32,000 nt of DNA from Candidatus Saccharimonadota bacterium (GCA_965228485.1 OZ245819.1:750001-782000), one strand, 5' to 3'; counted from the stretch's first letter, positions 16,168 to 25,637 are shown. Numbers and translations: made by a program. The notes: generated by a model from the sequence alone, not told the origin.

Positions 16168-17326
16168 CCTGCACATTTTGTGATTTCACAAGAATTTTAT
16201 CAAGTAAAATATTGGCCACTAGTTGATGTCCATAACGATCAAAGTGAGGGTCTGCATTATGCTGAAAAAAGATATCGGTTCTTCTTTTGTCTGCTCTAAA
16301 CTCTGGTAGCAAATCCAAACAAGATAAACCTCGTGCTTCGCAAAATTTTTTCATTAATGTTTGAGGCCTATCTGCCTCTCTCGCCTCTTCATTGAAGTGC
16401 ATAATAGCATATTTTTTATCATATACACTATCAACCTGAACATCCATCGGAATAAAAACATAAAGCACTGGAACTTCCTTTTTTTCTGACCATCTAACCA
16501 TCCGTTCCCAAGCTACAAAAAACTTTTCCCAATAGATTGGTAAGTTATCGTCATATCCTTCATCTTGTGGAGATAAGAAAACGGGCCAGGTGAGAGTTGG
16601 CTGATCCTTATCAGCCCGAATAATATTCCATTTATGCCCAAGGATTAATAATCGTTTTTTCAGCTCTTCCCAAGCAAGCCATTCGGGCCGAATCTGCATC
16701 CAGCTTTCAAGCTTATCATCTTTATTCACAAATATCTTTAAGTCTTTTACCGCTAAAATGTCATCATCAGCTTCTAGCCATTCTTTTCGCCGAAATTCAG
16801 TTATATCATTAGCGACAAAAATATTCACAATTATCAATTCTGGATCGAGCACTTTTTCATACTTTTTTGCCAGTAAATAATAGTTATCAATGGAGTGCCC
16901 GATATGACCAGCATTCCAGACTTCCCAGTTTTCTTTAATATTTGGAGACAGCTGATTCATACGCTGTTCAAGCTTTTCTGTAAAAGTTTCGTGCTGATCT
17001 ATTCCAGTTCCAAAAGTAAAAGAATCCCCAAGCATAAGAACATTTTTTTGAAATGGATTGGGAATAAACTCTTCATCTCTAAACCCAAGATTATTAATAC
17101 TAATTTCAGGAATAGGATCTCCATAACCATTCTGCGCTCTACTCCCTGGTTTATGGGCATAAGTATTAATACTGTCGGCAACAAAGATTGGGATACCAAC
17201 GGCTGAAACAGAACGACGAGCATTTTCCGTATTCTTTTCTAGATAAGACTCAAACGCCAAAAACAAAGCCAAAGAAAAGAGCCCTAAAAAAAATAAATTC
17301 CAAAATAATACCTTCAAAAATTTCAT
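16160..17326 (-). CDS. Membrane-anchored SGNH/GDSL-type hydrolase or acyltransferase-like protein
   Basis: 388 aa with an N-terminal TM helix, VLMLGDSFTFGTG (GDS block I) and C-terminal NADPHFDRYGHQLVA (D-x-H block V-like). Confidence 0.6.
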   Translation of the reverse strand: MKFLKVLFWNLFFLGLFSLALFLAFESYLEKNTENARRSVSAVGIPIFVADSINTYAHKPGSRAQNGYGDPIPEISINNLGFRDEEFIPNPFQKNVLMLGDSFTFGTGIDQHETFTEKLEQRMNQLSPNIKENWEVWNAGHIGHSIDNYYLLAKKYEKVLDPELIIVNIFVANDITEFRRKEWLEADDDILAVKDLKIFVNKDDKLESWMQIRPEWLAWEELKKRLLILGHKWNIIRADKDQPTLTWPVFLSPQDEGYDDNLPIYWEKFFVAWERMVRWSEKKEVPVLYVFIPMDVQVDSVYDKKYAIMHFNEEAREADRPQTLMKKFCEARGLSCLDLLPEFRADKRRTDIFFQHNADPHFDRYGHQLVANILLDKILVKSQNVQDE

Positions 17327-17361
17327 ATCAACACAAAAACCTTAGTGAGGATAAGGAAAAT

Positions 17362-19140
17362 CTAATCAGCGACAAAATCTTCTAAGACTATTTTCGATTT
17401 TAAGTCCGCTTTATTAACTTTATTAGCCTCGATAATAAAATTTCCCATAACCAAAATATCCATATCTGTTCGAATAAACCCTTTCAGAGCGTCGAAAGGA
17501 TTGCAAACAATTGGTTCTCCTCTTACGTTAAAAGAGGTATTGATAACCGCTCCACACCCCGCTATCTCCTCAAAAGATGCAATAATGTTGTAGTAATCTT
17601 TATTTTGCTCTCTAGAAACTGTTTGCACTCTCGCCGAACCATCTACATGTGTTACCGCTGGAATAGCTTCGTGCTTAGTTTGAGTCGTTAATAACATGTA
17701 TGGACTTTCTATCCCGTTAAGCATAAAATATTCATCACTTTTATCGCTCATGACCGTTGGAGCAAAGGGCCTAAAACTTTCTCTAAATTTTATCTTTAGG
17801 TTAACCCGTTGCCAGTTTTCCTTATTTCGGGGATCGGCCAAAATAGATCTATTCCCTAACGCCCGAGGGCCAAACTCCATGGCCCCAGAAAAATGTCCAA
17901 CAACTTTGTCTTTAGCAATAAATTGAGCAATCGTCTCAGCTCTCTTGTCTTCAGAGACTTTAGTGTATTCAACTCTAAATTCTTCCAATAGCGACTTGAT
18001 CTCGATATCTGAAAAACTTGGACCTAAATATGGCATATCAATCACACGTTTTTTCTCATTCCCTAATATTTGATAGTAAAAATAAGCCGCAGCACCAACG
18101 CTCCCTCCCGCATCTCCCGAAGCTGGAAAAACATAAACATTCTCAAAAGGACCTTCTCTTACAATTCTCCCATTAGCTACACAATTCAGCGCTACACCTC
18201 CAGCCAAGCATAAATTTTTATTAGGGTAGCATTTATAAGCGTGCTTCACTAACTTAAGCATTAATTCCTCCGTAACAGACTGCAGACTTGCCGCCATGTC
18301 TTTATGAAACTGTGTTAAAGGTGATTCTTCCCCCTTTCTTATAGGTTCTCCAAAATGATTAGCGAATTTTCTACCAACCATTCTCAAAGCATATTCATAC
18401 GTAAAAAACTTTTGATTTAGGGCGAAGCTCCCATCGTCAAAAGTTGTCAAAATTTCATATACCTTGTCTTTATAAATTGGCTTTCCATAAGGCGCTAACC
18501 CCATAACTTTATACTCAGCGCTATTAACCTTGAATCCAAGATAATAGGTAAAGGCACTATATAAAAGCCCTAAAGAATGAGGAAAATGAATCTCCTTCTG
18601 AAGACTTAAATGTTGCTTTTCTCCTACAGCAATAGTGGTCGTAGCCCACTCCCCAACTCCATCAGCCGTCACTATGGTTGCCGTATTGAAATCAGAAGAA
18701 TAATAAGTTGAAGCCGCATGGGATAAATGATGTGAAACAAAATATATCGCCCTTTCAAACTTAGGCTTTTTCTTATCGGTTGTTAAGAGCTTTCCAAGTT
18801 CAGATCTGATTTCACTCTCGATCCATAGTTTCTGTCCTAACCAAGTCTTCATCGCCTTTTGAAAGGAACGAAAACCTTTCGGCCAGGTATGAATATAAGT
18901 CTTCAAAAGTCTTTCAAACTTGATAATTGGTTTCTCGTAGTAAACCACCTGATCAATATCTTCAATACGAATTTGCCCCTCAGATAAACAATATTTAATC
19001 GCTTCTATTGGAAACGCTTCGTCATGCTTCACTCGAGTAAATCGCTCCTCTTGTGCGGCCGCAACAACAATCCCATCCTTAAGTAAACAAGCACTACTAT
19101 CATGATAATGAGCGGCAACTCCTAAAATATAATTGGGCAT
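17362..19140 (-). CDS. Carbamoyltransferase (NodU/CmcH/TobZ family)
   Basis: 592 aa with ILGVAAHYHDSSACLLKDG...EERFTRVKHD at the N-terminus and NTSFNVRGEPIV in the C-terminal domain. Confidence 0.9.
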   Translation of the reverse strand: MPNYILGVAAHYHDSSACLLKDGIVVAAAQEERFTRVKHDEAFPIEAIKYCLSEGQIRIEDIDQVVYYEKPIIKFERLLKTYIHTWPKGFRSFQKAMKTWLGQKLWIESEIRSELGKLLTTDKKKPKFERAIYFVSHHLSHAASTYYSSDFNTATIVTADGVGEWATTTIAVGEKQHLSLQKEIHFPHSLGLLYSAFTYYLGFKVNSAEYKVMGLAPYGKPIYKDKVYEILTTFDDGSFALNQKFFTYEYALRMVGRKFANHFGEPIRKGEESPLTQFHKDMAASLQSVTEELMLKLVKHAYKCYPNKNLCLAGGVALNCVANGRIVREGPFENVYVFPASGDAGGSVGAAAYFYYQILGNEKKRVIDMPYLGPSFSDIEIKSLLEEFRVEYTKVSEDKRAETIAQFIAKDKVVGHFSGAMEFGPRALGNRSILADPRNKENWQRVNLKIKFRESFRPFAPTVMSDKSDEYFMLNGIESPYMLLTTQTKHEAIPAVTHVDGSARVQTVSREQNKDYYNIIASFEEIAGCGAVINTSFNVRGEPIVCNPFDALKGFIRTDMDILVMGNFIIEANKVNKADLKSKIVLEDFVAD

Positions 19141-19361
19141 TAAAAAGGACGAGTTAATTGATCAACCGTTTGGGTTTTTGGCGAATCAACCCAGGTAGTT
19201 TTAGGCTTTTTAGCAAACCAGCGAAATGGCCAGGCCAAAATGGCATAAATTCCAATCACTACAAAGTAAACAATTCCAAGTAAAATATACTGATTAACCT
19301 CACCTACTACGTGAGCAAACTTCATCCAGTAATCCCAAAGTGTTTTAAAAAAAGCTTTCAT
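19140..19361 (-). CDS. Small membrane protein, possibly SxtJ-like
   Basis: 73 aa with a hydrophobic core (YILLGIVYFVVIGIYAILAWPF). Its TAA overlaps the carbamoyltransferase ATG by 1 nt (TAATG). The resemblance to SxtJ-type proteins that accompany carbamoyltransferases is from memory only. Confidence 0.5.
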   Translation of the reverse strand: MKAFFKTLWDYWMKFAHVVGEVNQYILLGIVYFVVIGIYAILAWPFRWFAKKPKTTWVDSPKTQTVDQLTRPF

Positions 19362-19364
19362 CTA

Positions 19365-20825
19365 TTAAACAAAAGTGCTTAACCGTTCTAAAGTTTCTTC
19401 TTTTCCTAAGATTTCAGCAATCTCAAATGGCCCTGGAGAACGCTCCAAACCAGAAATAGCGACTCTAAACGGCCAAAGAAATTGTCCATTTTTAAGCCCC
19501 ATTTCACCAATTTTCTCAATGGATAGTTCTCGAATTTTTTCTTTATTAAAATCGGCTTCATCCAGATTTTGCAACAAGGTGTTAACTTCCAAAATAACTT
19601 GCTTAGCCAAATCTAAATCCACTTTCATCTTCTCTGATGTAAGGAGTGAAAAATCTGGAGCCTTATAATCAAAAAAGCAGGTCATTTCATTAGCAAAGTC
19701 TGAAAATACTTTCGCTTTTTGATGCACTATTTCCACGATGCTTTTTAATTTTTCTCGATCAGTTAAATACTGAGACTTTAATTCTGATCCCTCATACTGC
19801 TCAGCCCAATCGATAAAGGATTGTGTTAAATCTTCCAAGCCAAATTGCTTCATCCACTGCTGGTTGAACCATTTCATTTTCTCAAAATCATACTGAGCTG
19901 AAGCGGGGTTTACTCCTTTTAAATCGAACACTGAAATTAACGTCTCAAGATCGAAAACTTCTTCTGTATTTTTAGGATTCCATCCCAAAAAGGCTAATCC
20001 ATTTACCACGGCTTCAGGCAAAAAACCTTGTGACTGAAAGTCTTCAATCAAAACTGCCACTCCTGGCTCAACTCTCCGTTTAGATAATTTTCTTTTTTGT
20101 TGATCCAATACCAACGGAATATGCGCATACTGAGGAGGATTCACTTCCAAGGCCTTCCAACAAAGCAATTGTTTCGGGGTATTTGAAATATGATCTTCTC
20201 CTCGAATCACGTGAGTAATCCCTTGAGCATCATCATCAATTACATTCGCGAGTAAATAAAGCACCGAACCATCACTTCGAGCCACAACAAAATCTCCCAA
20301 AGTATCTGAGTTCACTTCATTTTCTCCACGAACTAGGTCTTGGAACGCTAGCACCTCATTCTTTGGGCATCTTATTCTCCAAGCAAAAGGCTTCCCTGAA
20401 TCCATTTCTGTCTCTAATGCAGACTTATCCCAATCTCGAAAGGGAGACCAAAAAACAAAATTTTGTTTATTTTTTTCAGCGTCACTACGAAGTAAGTCTA
20501 ATTCCTCTGGAGTTGTAAAACAAGGAAACACCTTGTCTTCATCCCAAAGTTTTTTTAATACTTCAGTATGATGTTCTAGACTCTCTGTTTGACGAACTAA
20601 AAGATGAGATTCTGAAACAAAATCCATCCCCAACCACTTAAGCCCTTCTAAAATCTCTGTTTCAAACTCTGCTTTTGATCGTTCTTTATCAGTATCTTCC
20701 CAACGGAAAATAATCTTTCCTTTGTGATGTTTAGCAAACAAATAGTTAAAAAGTCCTGTTCGGGCAGTGCCTAAATGCAGGTGCCCAGTAGGAGATGGTG
20801 GCATACGAACAATAACTTCACTCAT
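19365..20825 (-). CDS. gltX: Glutamate--tRNA ligase
   Basis: PSPTGHLHLGTART (HIGH region), KLSKR (KMSKS variant) and a GluRS-type anticodon-binding C-terminus. It ends TAA-TAG immediately before the next ATG. Confidence 0.93.
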   Translation of the reverse strand: MSEVIVRMPPSPTGHLHLGTARTGLFNYLFAKHHKGKIIFRWEDTDKERSKAEFETEILEGLKWLGMDFVSESHLLVRQTESLEHHTEVLKKLWDEDKVFPCFTTPEELDLLRSDAEKNKQNFVFWSPFRDWDKSALETEMDSGKPFAWRIRCPKNEVLAFQDLVRGENEVNSDTLGDFVVARSDGSVLYLLANVIDDDAQGITHVIRGEDHISNTPKQLLCWKALEVNPPQYAHIPLVLDQQKRKLSKRRVEPGVAVLIEDFQSQGFLPEAVVNGLAFLGWNPKNTEEVFDLETLISVFDLKGVNPASAQYDFEKMKWFNQQWMKQFGLEDLTQSFIDWAEQYEGSELKSQYLTDREKLKSIVEIVHQKAKVFSDFANEMTCFFDYKAPDFSLLTSEKMKVDLDLAKQVILEVNTLLQNLDEADFNKEKIRELSIEKIGEMGLKNGQFLWPFRVAISGLERSPGPFEIAEILGKEETLERLSTFV

Positions 20826-20869
20826 AATCCTCGAGAGAATATTTAAAACAGATATTTTGTCACGCGAAC

Positions 20870-21946
20870 CTAGCGTCGAATATTCCCAAAAACTCGAGAA
20901 CTAACTGCTGATTGAAAATTAATAAAAGGTTTGCTAGCAGCTTCAAACCCATAACGATCTGGGTTCCGCAACTCTGCATCAATGTAAATAAATACATGTG
21001 GATGAACTTGTGCAGCATCAACCCTAAAATTTAAAAATGGATCGCGACTTGGTCCTGGTTTGAAAACCAAAGCATTAAGTTTCAACGCCAAAGGGGAAAT
21101 GATCGTATAATCATGTCCTCTATCACAAAAATCTTCGTCGGTTTCATCTCCTAAAATTGGATATTGCTCTCCGAGATTATTACCATCAAGGTCTGTAATA
21201 ATTTCACATTCAGAACTACCTGAATCCCACTGCAACAAAACATCTGGATTAGCCCCCAAGTCATTGAAATCTCCATCGTCATTAGCATCATGAGGCCCCC
21301 AAACATCCGCCAATCCATCCCCATCTACGTCCGCTCCAAGCTGCCTTTGAACCTCCACAACATCGTCTGTATCATTAAAACGAATAGCGGTTCTGAGGGT
21401 TCGGCTAGAGTTAATCAAATAGAGCGTCGCCAGGTTAGCCGAAGAATCCCAAGCTTCTGTACAATCATCAACCGTAGTCCCATCTGGCTCCATTCCCCCC
21501 AAATTCCTATCTTGAGTCGTATCACCATTCGTATCCCAATAAAAAATCCCTGGGTAGCTTAGGTCTATGCGGTTATTACGATTTACTTCAGGATTTGCAT
21601 TATCATTATCCAAATTAGCCCCTGCTGGTGCTTGCCGAGCATCAAATGCTGGACAGGATCCACTATTAGGCCCCATTTCAATAAAAAAACGATCATAGTC
21701 AATCGTATTATTTCGAAATATTTGAGCAATTCTCTCCATCAGATAACGGCTTTCGGCATAAAAGTCCTGAGAAAACTGAACTCTTTTTTGGCTAAAATAG
21801 ATAGACCCCACAAGTCCCAAGGCGGAAGTAATAACAATTGAAGCAATTCCTGTAGCCGCCAGCGTTTCAAGTAATGTAAACCCTGACTGTTTTCTTCTGA
21901 AAGCCTCTTTTATTTTTCTAATAAGCATCTCTCTCAAAAAAATCAT
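20870..21946 (-). CDS. Type IV pilin-like/pseudopilin protein with acidic calcium-binding-type loops
   Basis: Prepilin motif KQSG-FTLLETL followed by a hydrophobic helix. The globular part contains DVDGDGLADVWGPHDANDDGDFND (21260..21331), DTNGDTTQD and DLDGNNLGE, which are DxDxDG-like loops. Overlaps the upstream gene by 29 nt. Confidence 0.75.
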   Translation of the reverse strand: MIFLREMLIRKIKEAFRRKQSGFTLLETLAATGIASIVITSALGLVGSIYFSQKRVQFSQDFYAESRYLMERIAQIFRNNTIDYDRFFIEMGPNSGSCPAFDARQAPAGANLDNDNANPEVNRNNRIDLSYPGIFYWDTNGDTTQDRNLGGMEPDGTTVDDCTEAWDSSANLATLYLINSSRTLRTAIRFNDTDDVVEVQRQLGADVDGDGLADVWGPHDANDDGDFNDLGANPDVLLQWDSGSSECEIITDLDGNNLGEQYPILGDETDEDFCDRGHDYTIISPLALKLNALVFKPGPSRDPFLNFRVDAAQVHPHVFIYIDAELRNPDRYGFEAASKPFINFQSAVSSRVFGNIRR

Positions 21947-22715
21947 ATAAATGTGCTTCTAATGTACTCGTGCGAGTCCTTCCTTCTTCCTTCCACTGAA
22001 CTTTAGAGACCACTTTAATATGTCCCTCCTCACAATTATTTGTGCCATCACGATCTTCATTTGAAACACAAGTTGAATTCACTCCATCACAGAAACAAGG
22101 TGTACTTCCGCCATTATATGGATTTAATTTTTCTATATAAATCTGTCTATGAAATTCTGTACGACCATTTCCTGCATCCGTATATGTATAACGATTGGTT
22201 GATGGATCAATAAACAAACGATAAAACGGATGCGGATCTGGCCCTGTAGAAATATCTATCTCACTTTGAGAAATAGTTCCACCGCCTTCTTCATTTAGGC
22301 TTAAGTAATACCTTCCACTTGCATCATTAAACTCGACTAAATAGTAAGTTCCTGTATCACCACTATCGATTGTGTTCCCAGTGGTTGTGTTAAGACAAGA
22401 GTTTGGATCCCCAGTGGTGTCAAGACAAAGCCATTTTCCACGTCGATCTCCCGAATACTTTAGCCAATTTGTATCCCGAATATTTCTAACGGCTTCAATT
22501 CCTTCTCGAGCTATATTAAGCGCAATAATTCTATTTTTGACATTAGCATTGGTCCTGACCGCTCGGTCTAAGATACTAAAAGTGGCAATAAGCACCGTAG
22601 AAAGCAAAGCTGTAGCAATAACGACCTCTAATATTGAATCTCCTCTCAACTTTGAAGTTAAGTTCTTACCATTAAAAAATGATCTTATCTTTTTCATTTT
22701 TAGTAAGTCTGACAT
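21918..22715 (-). CDS. Pilin-like protein with atypical prepilin motif
   Basis: KLRG-DSILEVVIATALLSTVLIA: Gly at -1 and Glu at +5 followed by a hydrophobic helix, but Asp at +1 instead of Phe/Met. The C-terminal part is Cys-rich. An alternative ATG at 22697 would remove the 16-nt overlap. Confidence 0.6.
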   Translation of the reverse strand: MSDLLKMKKIRSFFNGKNLTSKLRGDSILEVVIATALLSTVLIATFSILDRAVRTNANVKNRIIALNIAREGIEAVRNIRDTNWLKYSGDRRGKWLCLDTTGDPNSCLNTTTGNTIDSGDTGTYYLVEFNDASGRYYLSLNEEGGGTISQSEIDISTGPDPHPFYRLFIDPSTNRYTYTDAGNGRTEFHRQIYIEKLNPYNGGSTPCFCDGVNSTCVSNEDRDGTNNCEEGHIKVVSKVQWKEEGRTRTSTLEAHLYDFFERDAY

Positions 22716-23263
22716 TCCGATCCAGATTTATTAAATGTAGGAAATCCTGCTACCCGATTAAAACAAAGCCCTTGTTGCTTTATCTCTCCTCTTTGCCCCA
22801 TCACCATATGTATTGATTCGGCCTTTCGGAGCGTTGATGACTCTGTAAACTGAAGCTTTGCATTAGCAGGTCCCGAAAAAAACGAAAAGGTAATATCCTC
22901 TACCGTAGCGGTAGCTGCGGGCGTCAAGGTAATACTATCTATTTCTGCAAAAATTGGGGAAACACTTGTCCGCTCTACCGTACTATTACTGTCATCATAA
23001 AAACATCTCAACTCATAAGAAAATGGGGTGGTATCTATAATCATTTTCCACATTACGGAATTACTGTCGTTACTACATTTTTTATTAGTGATTGCCGCAT
23101 TACGAGCATCAACAATAGTATCAACTATTGCCTGAACTTCTGCTTGAAACTGTGATCGTTCTCTCAATTTGTAATATTCTGGAGCCGAAATTGTAGCCAA
23201 TATTCCAAGTATAGTCATAGTGGCTAAGACTTCTACCAGAGAGAACCCTTTGAAACGTTTCAT
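22700..23263 (-). CDS. Type IV pilin-like protein (N-terminal methylation motif)
   Basis: MKRFKG-FSLVEVLATMTILGILATISAPEY is a canonical class III signal. The start at 23263 is chosen over the track start at 23326 because a promoter-like TTGTAG-16-TACAAT sits 7 nt upstream and the leader is then of typical length. Confidence 0.8.
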   Translation of the reverse strand: MKRFKGFSLVEVLATMTILGILATISAPEYYKLRERSQFQAEVQAIVDTIVDARNAAITNKKCSNDSNSVMWKMIIDTTPFSYELRCFYDDSNSTVERTSVSPIFAEIDSITLTPAATATVEDITFSFFSGPANAKLQFTESSTLRKAESIHMVMGQRGEIKQQGLCFNRVAGFPTFNKSGSECQTY

Positions 23264-23270
23264 TGATGCT

Positions 23271-23299
23271 ATTGTAACTAAAATAATTTTACCTACAAT
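23271..23299. promoter_or_regulatory. Overlapping divergent promoter pair (pilin cluster / lepA)
   Basis: Plus strand: TTGTAA (23272-23277), 16 nt, TACAAT (23294-23299). Minus strand: TTGTAG (23298..23293), 16 nt, TACAAT (23276..23271). ATTGTA and TACAAT form a 6-bp inverted repeat, so each -10 overlaps the other promoter's -35. Confidence 0.45.
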
Positions 23300-23326
23300 C
23301 GCGAAGCCCTTATTTTGGCTATACAC

Positions 23327-25135
23327 ATGAACTCAAAGATTAGAAACTTTTGTATTATCGCTCATATCGACCATGGGAAGTCGACTCTTGCTGACCGTTT
23401 TTTAGAACTAACAGGAACGGTTAAATCTAGAGATATGAAGGGACAACTCCTCGATACGATGGAGTTAGAACAAGAGCGAGGGATCACCATCAAACTACAG
23501 CCAGTACGAATGCAGTGGAAAGAACATCAATTAAATCTTATTGATACGCCTGGACATGTTGACTTTTCATATGAAGTTTCTCGGAGTTTAGCCGCCTGTG
23601 AAGGAGCCATTCTGGTGGTAGATGCCACTCAAGGTATTGAAGCTCAAACACTCGCCAATGTATTCCTTGCTATGGAATTTGGACTCGAAATCATCCCCGT
23701 ACTCAACAAAATAGACCTTCCTGCTGCAGAACCAGAAAAAAGAGCTGAAGAAATTGAAAATGTTCTTGGATTTAGCGCCGAAGATATCCTGACAGTTTCG
23801 GCTAAAGATGGAACCAACGTAGATAAACTACTTGATGCTGTCATCGAAAAAATTCCAGAACCTTCCTTTAACAACATATTTGATAACGTTGAAGTTTTTG
23901 AAAATGACAGCGAGACAAAGGCACTCGTCTTTGACTCAACTTTTGATAGCTACAGAGGTGTAGTAAGTTCTGTGAGAATTTTTTCAGGAACCATTAACAA
24001 AGGAGACAAACTAAAACTCCTCCGAACAGGACGTGAAATTGACGCTCTGGAAGTTGGATTTCTAAACCCCAAATATTCTCCAACAAAATCACTAGAAACA
24101 GGAGAAGTGGGCTATATCGTAACGGGTCTAAAAAATGTTGTAGATGCCCGAGTCGGAGAGACTTTTTATAAAGGGAAAGCTCAAGATACAACTCCACCCT
24201 TACCAGGATACTCAGAAGTCACCCCCTTTGTTTATGCAGGAATCTATCCCACTTCTGGAGATGACTTTGGACTTCTGAGAAAAGCTCTTGAAAAACTTTC
24301 TCTCAATGATGCCTCTCTCCAGTACGAACCTGAACACTCAGGAGCCTTGGGACATGGGTTTCGAGTAGGATTTTTGGGGCTCTTACATCTTGATATCATC
24401 CAAGAACGTCTCGAACGAGAATTTGACTTGGACATACTCGTAACCGCTCCGTCAGTTTCTTACGAGATTGTTCGACACAATAGAGACGTAGACATTGTTT
24501 CGAATCCTTCTGATCTACCAGATGCAGGAAATTATGAGACCATTCGAGAACCCTGGATGAAGATCACCATTCTTTGCCCAGCGGATCAAGTCGGAGGAAT
24601 TATTAAACTCTGTACGGATAGAAGAGGGCTTCACCAACACTTACAATACACTTCGTCTGATAGAGTTGAACTCATTTTTGAAATCCCATTAGCATCAATT
24701 GTTACAGACTTTTATGACGATCTAAAATCTATTAGCTCTGGTTATGCTTCTATGAGTTATGAAAATATTGGAATGAGAGAAGGAGACCTCCAGAGACTTG
24801 ATATATTGGTTGCTGGAGACCGCGTAGATGCCCTCAGTCAGATCGTTCACAAAGATGAAGCTTATCATATCGGAGTAAAATGGTGTGAAAAACTAAAAGA
24901 AATTATTCCAAAAGCCCAGTTCGCTATTGCCATTCAAGCGGCAATCGGTGGTCGAATTTTGGCCAGAGAAACCATTCCAGCCCTTCGAAAAGACGTAACC
25001 GCAAAACTTTATGGAGGAGATGTAAGCCGAAAGAAGAAGCTTTTGAAAAAACAGAAAGAAGGGAAAAAACGACTAAAGCAATTTGGAAAAGTGACCATCC
25101 CACAAGAGGCATTCTTCGCCATGATGAAGAAATAG
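23327..25135 (+). CDS. lepA: Translation elongation factor 4 (LepA)
   Basis: IRNFCIIAHIDHGKSTLADR (G1), DTPGHVDF (G3), NKIDL (G4) and the LepA-specific C-terminal domain. The track start at 23315 is TTG; the ATG at 23327 gives MNSKIRNF. Confidence 0.95.
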   Translation: MNSKIRNFCIIAHIDHGKSTLADRFLELTGTVKSRDMKGQLLDTMELEQERGITIKLQPVRMQWKEHQLNLIDTPGHVDFSYEVSRSLAACEGAILVVDATQGIEAQTLANVFLAMEFGLEIIPVLNKIDLPAAEPEKRAEEIENVLGFSAEDILTVSAKDGTNVDKLLDAVIEKIPEPSFNNIFDNVEVFENDSETKALVFDSTFDSYRGVVSSVRIFSGTINKGDKLKLLRTGREIDALEVGFLNPKYSPTKSLETGEVGYIVTGLKNVVDARVGETFYKGKAQDTTPPLPGYSEVTPFVYAGIYPTSGDDFGLLRKALEKLSLNDASLQYEPEHSGALGHGFRVGFLGLLHLDIIQERLEREFDLDILVTAPSVSYEIVRHNRDVDIVSNPSDLPDAGNYETIREPWMKITILCPADQVGGIIKLCTDRRGLHQHLQYTSSDRVELIFEIPLASIVTDFYDDLKSISSGYASMSYENIGMREGDLQRLDILVAGDRVDALSQIVHKDEAYHIGVKWCEKLKEIIPKAQFAIAIQAAIGGRILARETIPALRKDVTAKLYGGDVSRKKKLLKKQKEGKKRLKQFGKVTIPQEAFFAMMKK

Positions 25136-25155
25136 CTATTTATTGATAAATCAGT

Positions 25156-25161
25156 TATAAT
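25156..25161 (+). promoter_or_regulatory. -10 box (TATAAT), 6 nt before ATG 25168
   Basis: TATAAT-TAGCTG-ATG. Confidence 0.45.
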
Positions 25162-25167
25162 TAGCTG

Positions 25168-25581
25168 ATGTCACTCCCCCAAAAACCAATGCTTAGCGAT
25201 GTAGATCCAATTGAACGGTCTGCTGTTGCTGAATCTAAGGATTGGGAAACGTTAGAAGAAATTATCGAAAAACCATTAAGAGCCGCCATGCATGATCTTT
25301 GGGAAAAAGGCATTAAAACATGGCAGTGCTCAGCAAACCGAAAAGATATTTCAAAAGGGATAGTCTTTTTTGAGATTAGAGCTGACAAAGAATTTCTATC
25401 TCAAGAGAATTACGACATAGCCATGGCTAATCAGGGAGAAGAAATTAAGCGGGGGGAATTTTCATTTTTTAGATTCAGTAAACCAATCTCTGGGAATGTT
25501 GAACTAGCTACCATCGTTACTTGGTCACGCTCAGTTTCGAATATGTTTCAATCCCAAAAATTACAAAAAGTCCTTTTATAA
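25168..25581 (+). CDS. Hypothetical protein (137 aa)
   Basis: ATG ORF with its own -10 box. No family recognised. Confidence 0.55.
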   Translation: MSLPQKPMLSDVDPIERSAVAESKDWETLEEIIEKPLRAAMHDLWEKGIKTWQCSANRKDISKGIVFFEIRADKEFLSQENYDIAMANQGEEIKRGEFSFFRFSKPISGNVELATIVTWSRSVSNMFQSQKLQKVLL

Positions 25582-25637
25582 CAGAGAGAAAACAAAAAAT
25601 GACAATGTGTAAATATATTTTATTTAACTATTTGTTG

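Noticed and set aside
20826-20833. Shine-Dalgarno-like GAGGA just upstream of the gltX ATG.
   Set aside because: Only 2 nt separate it from the ATG, which is too close for canonical SD function. It may be fortuitous.
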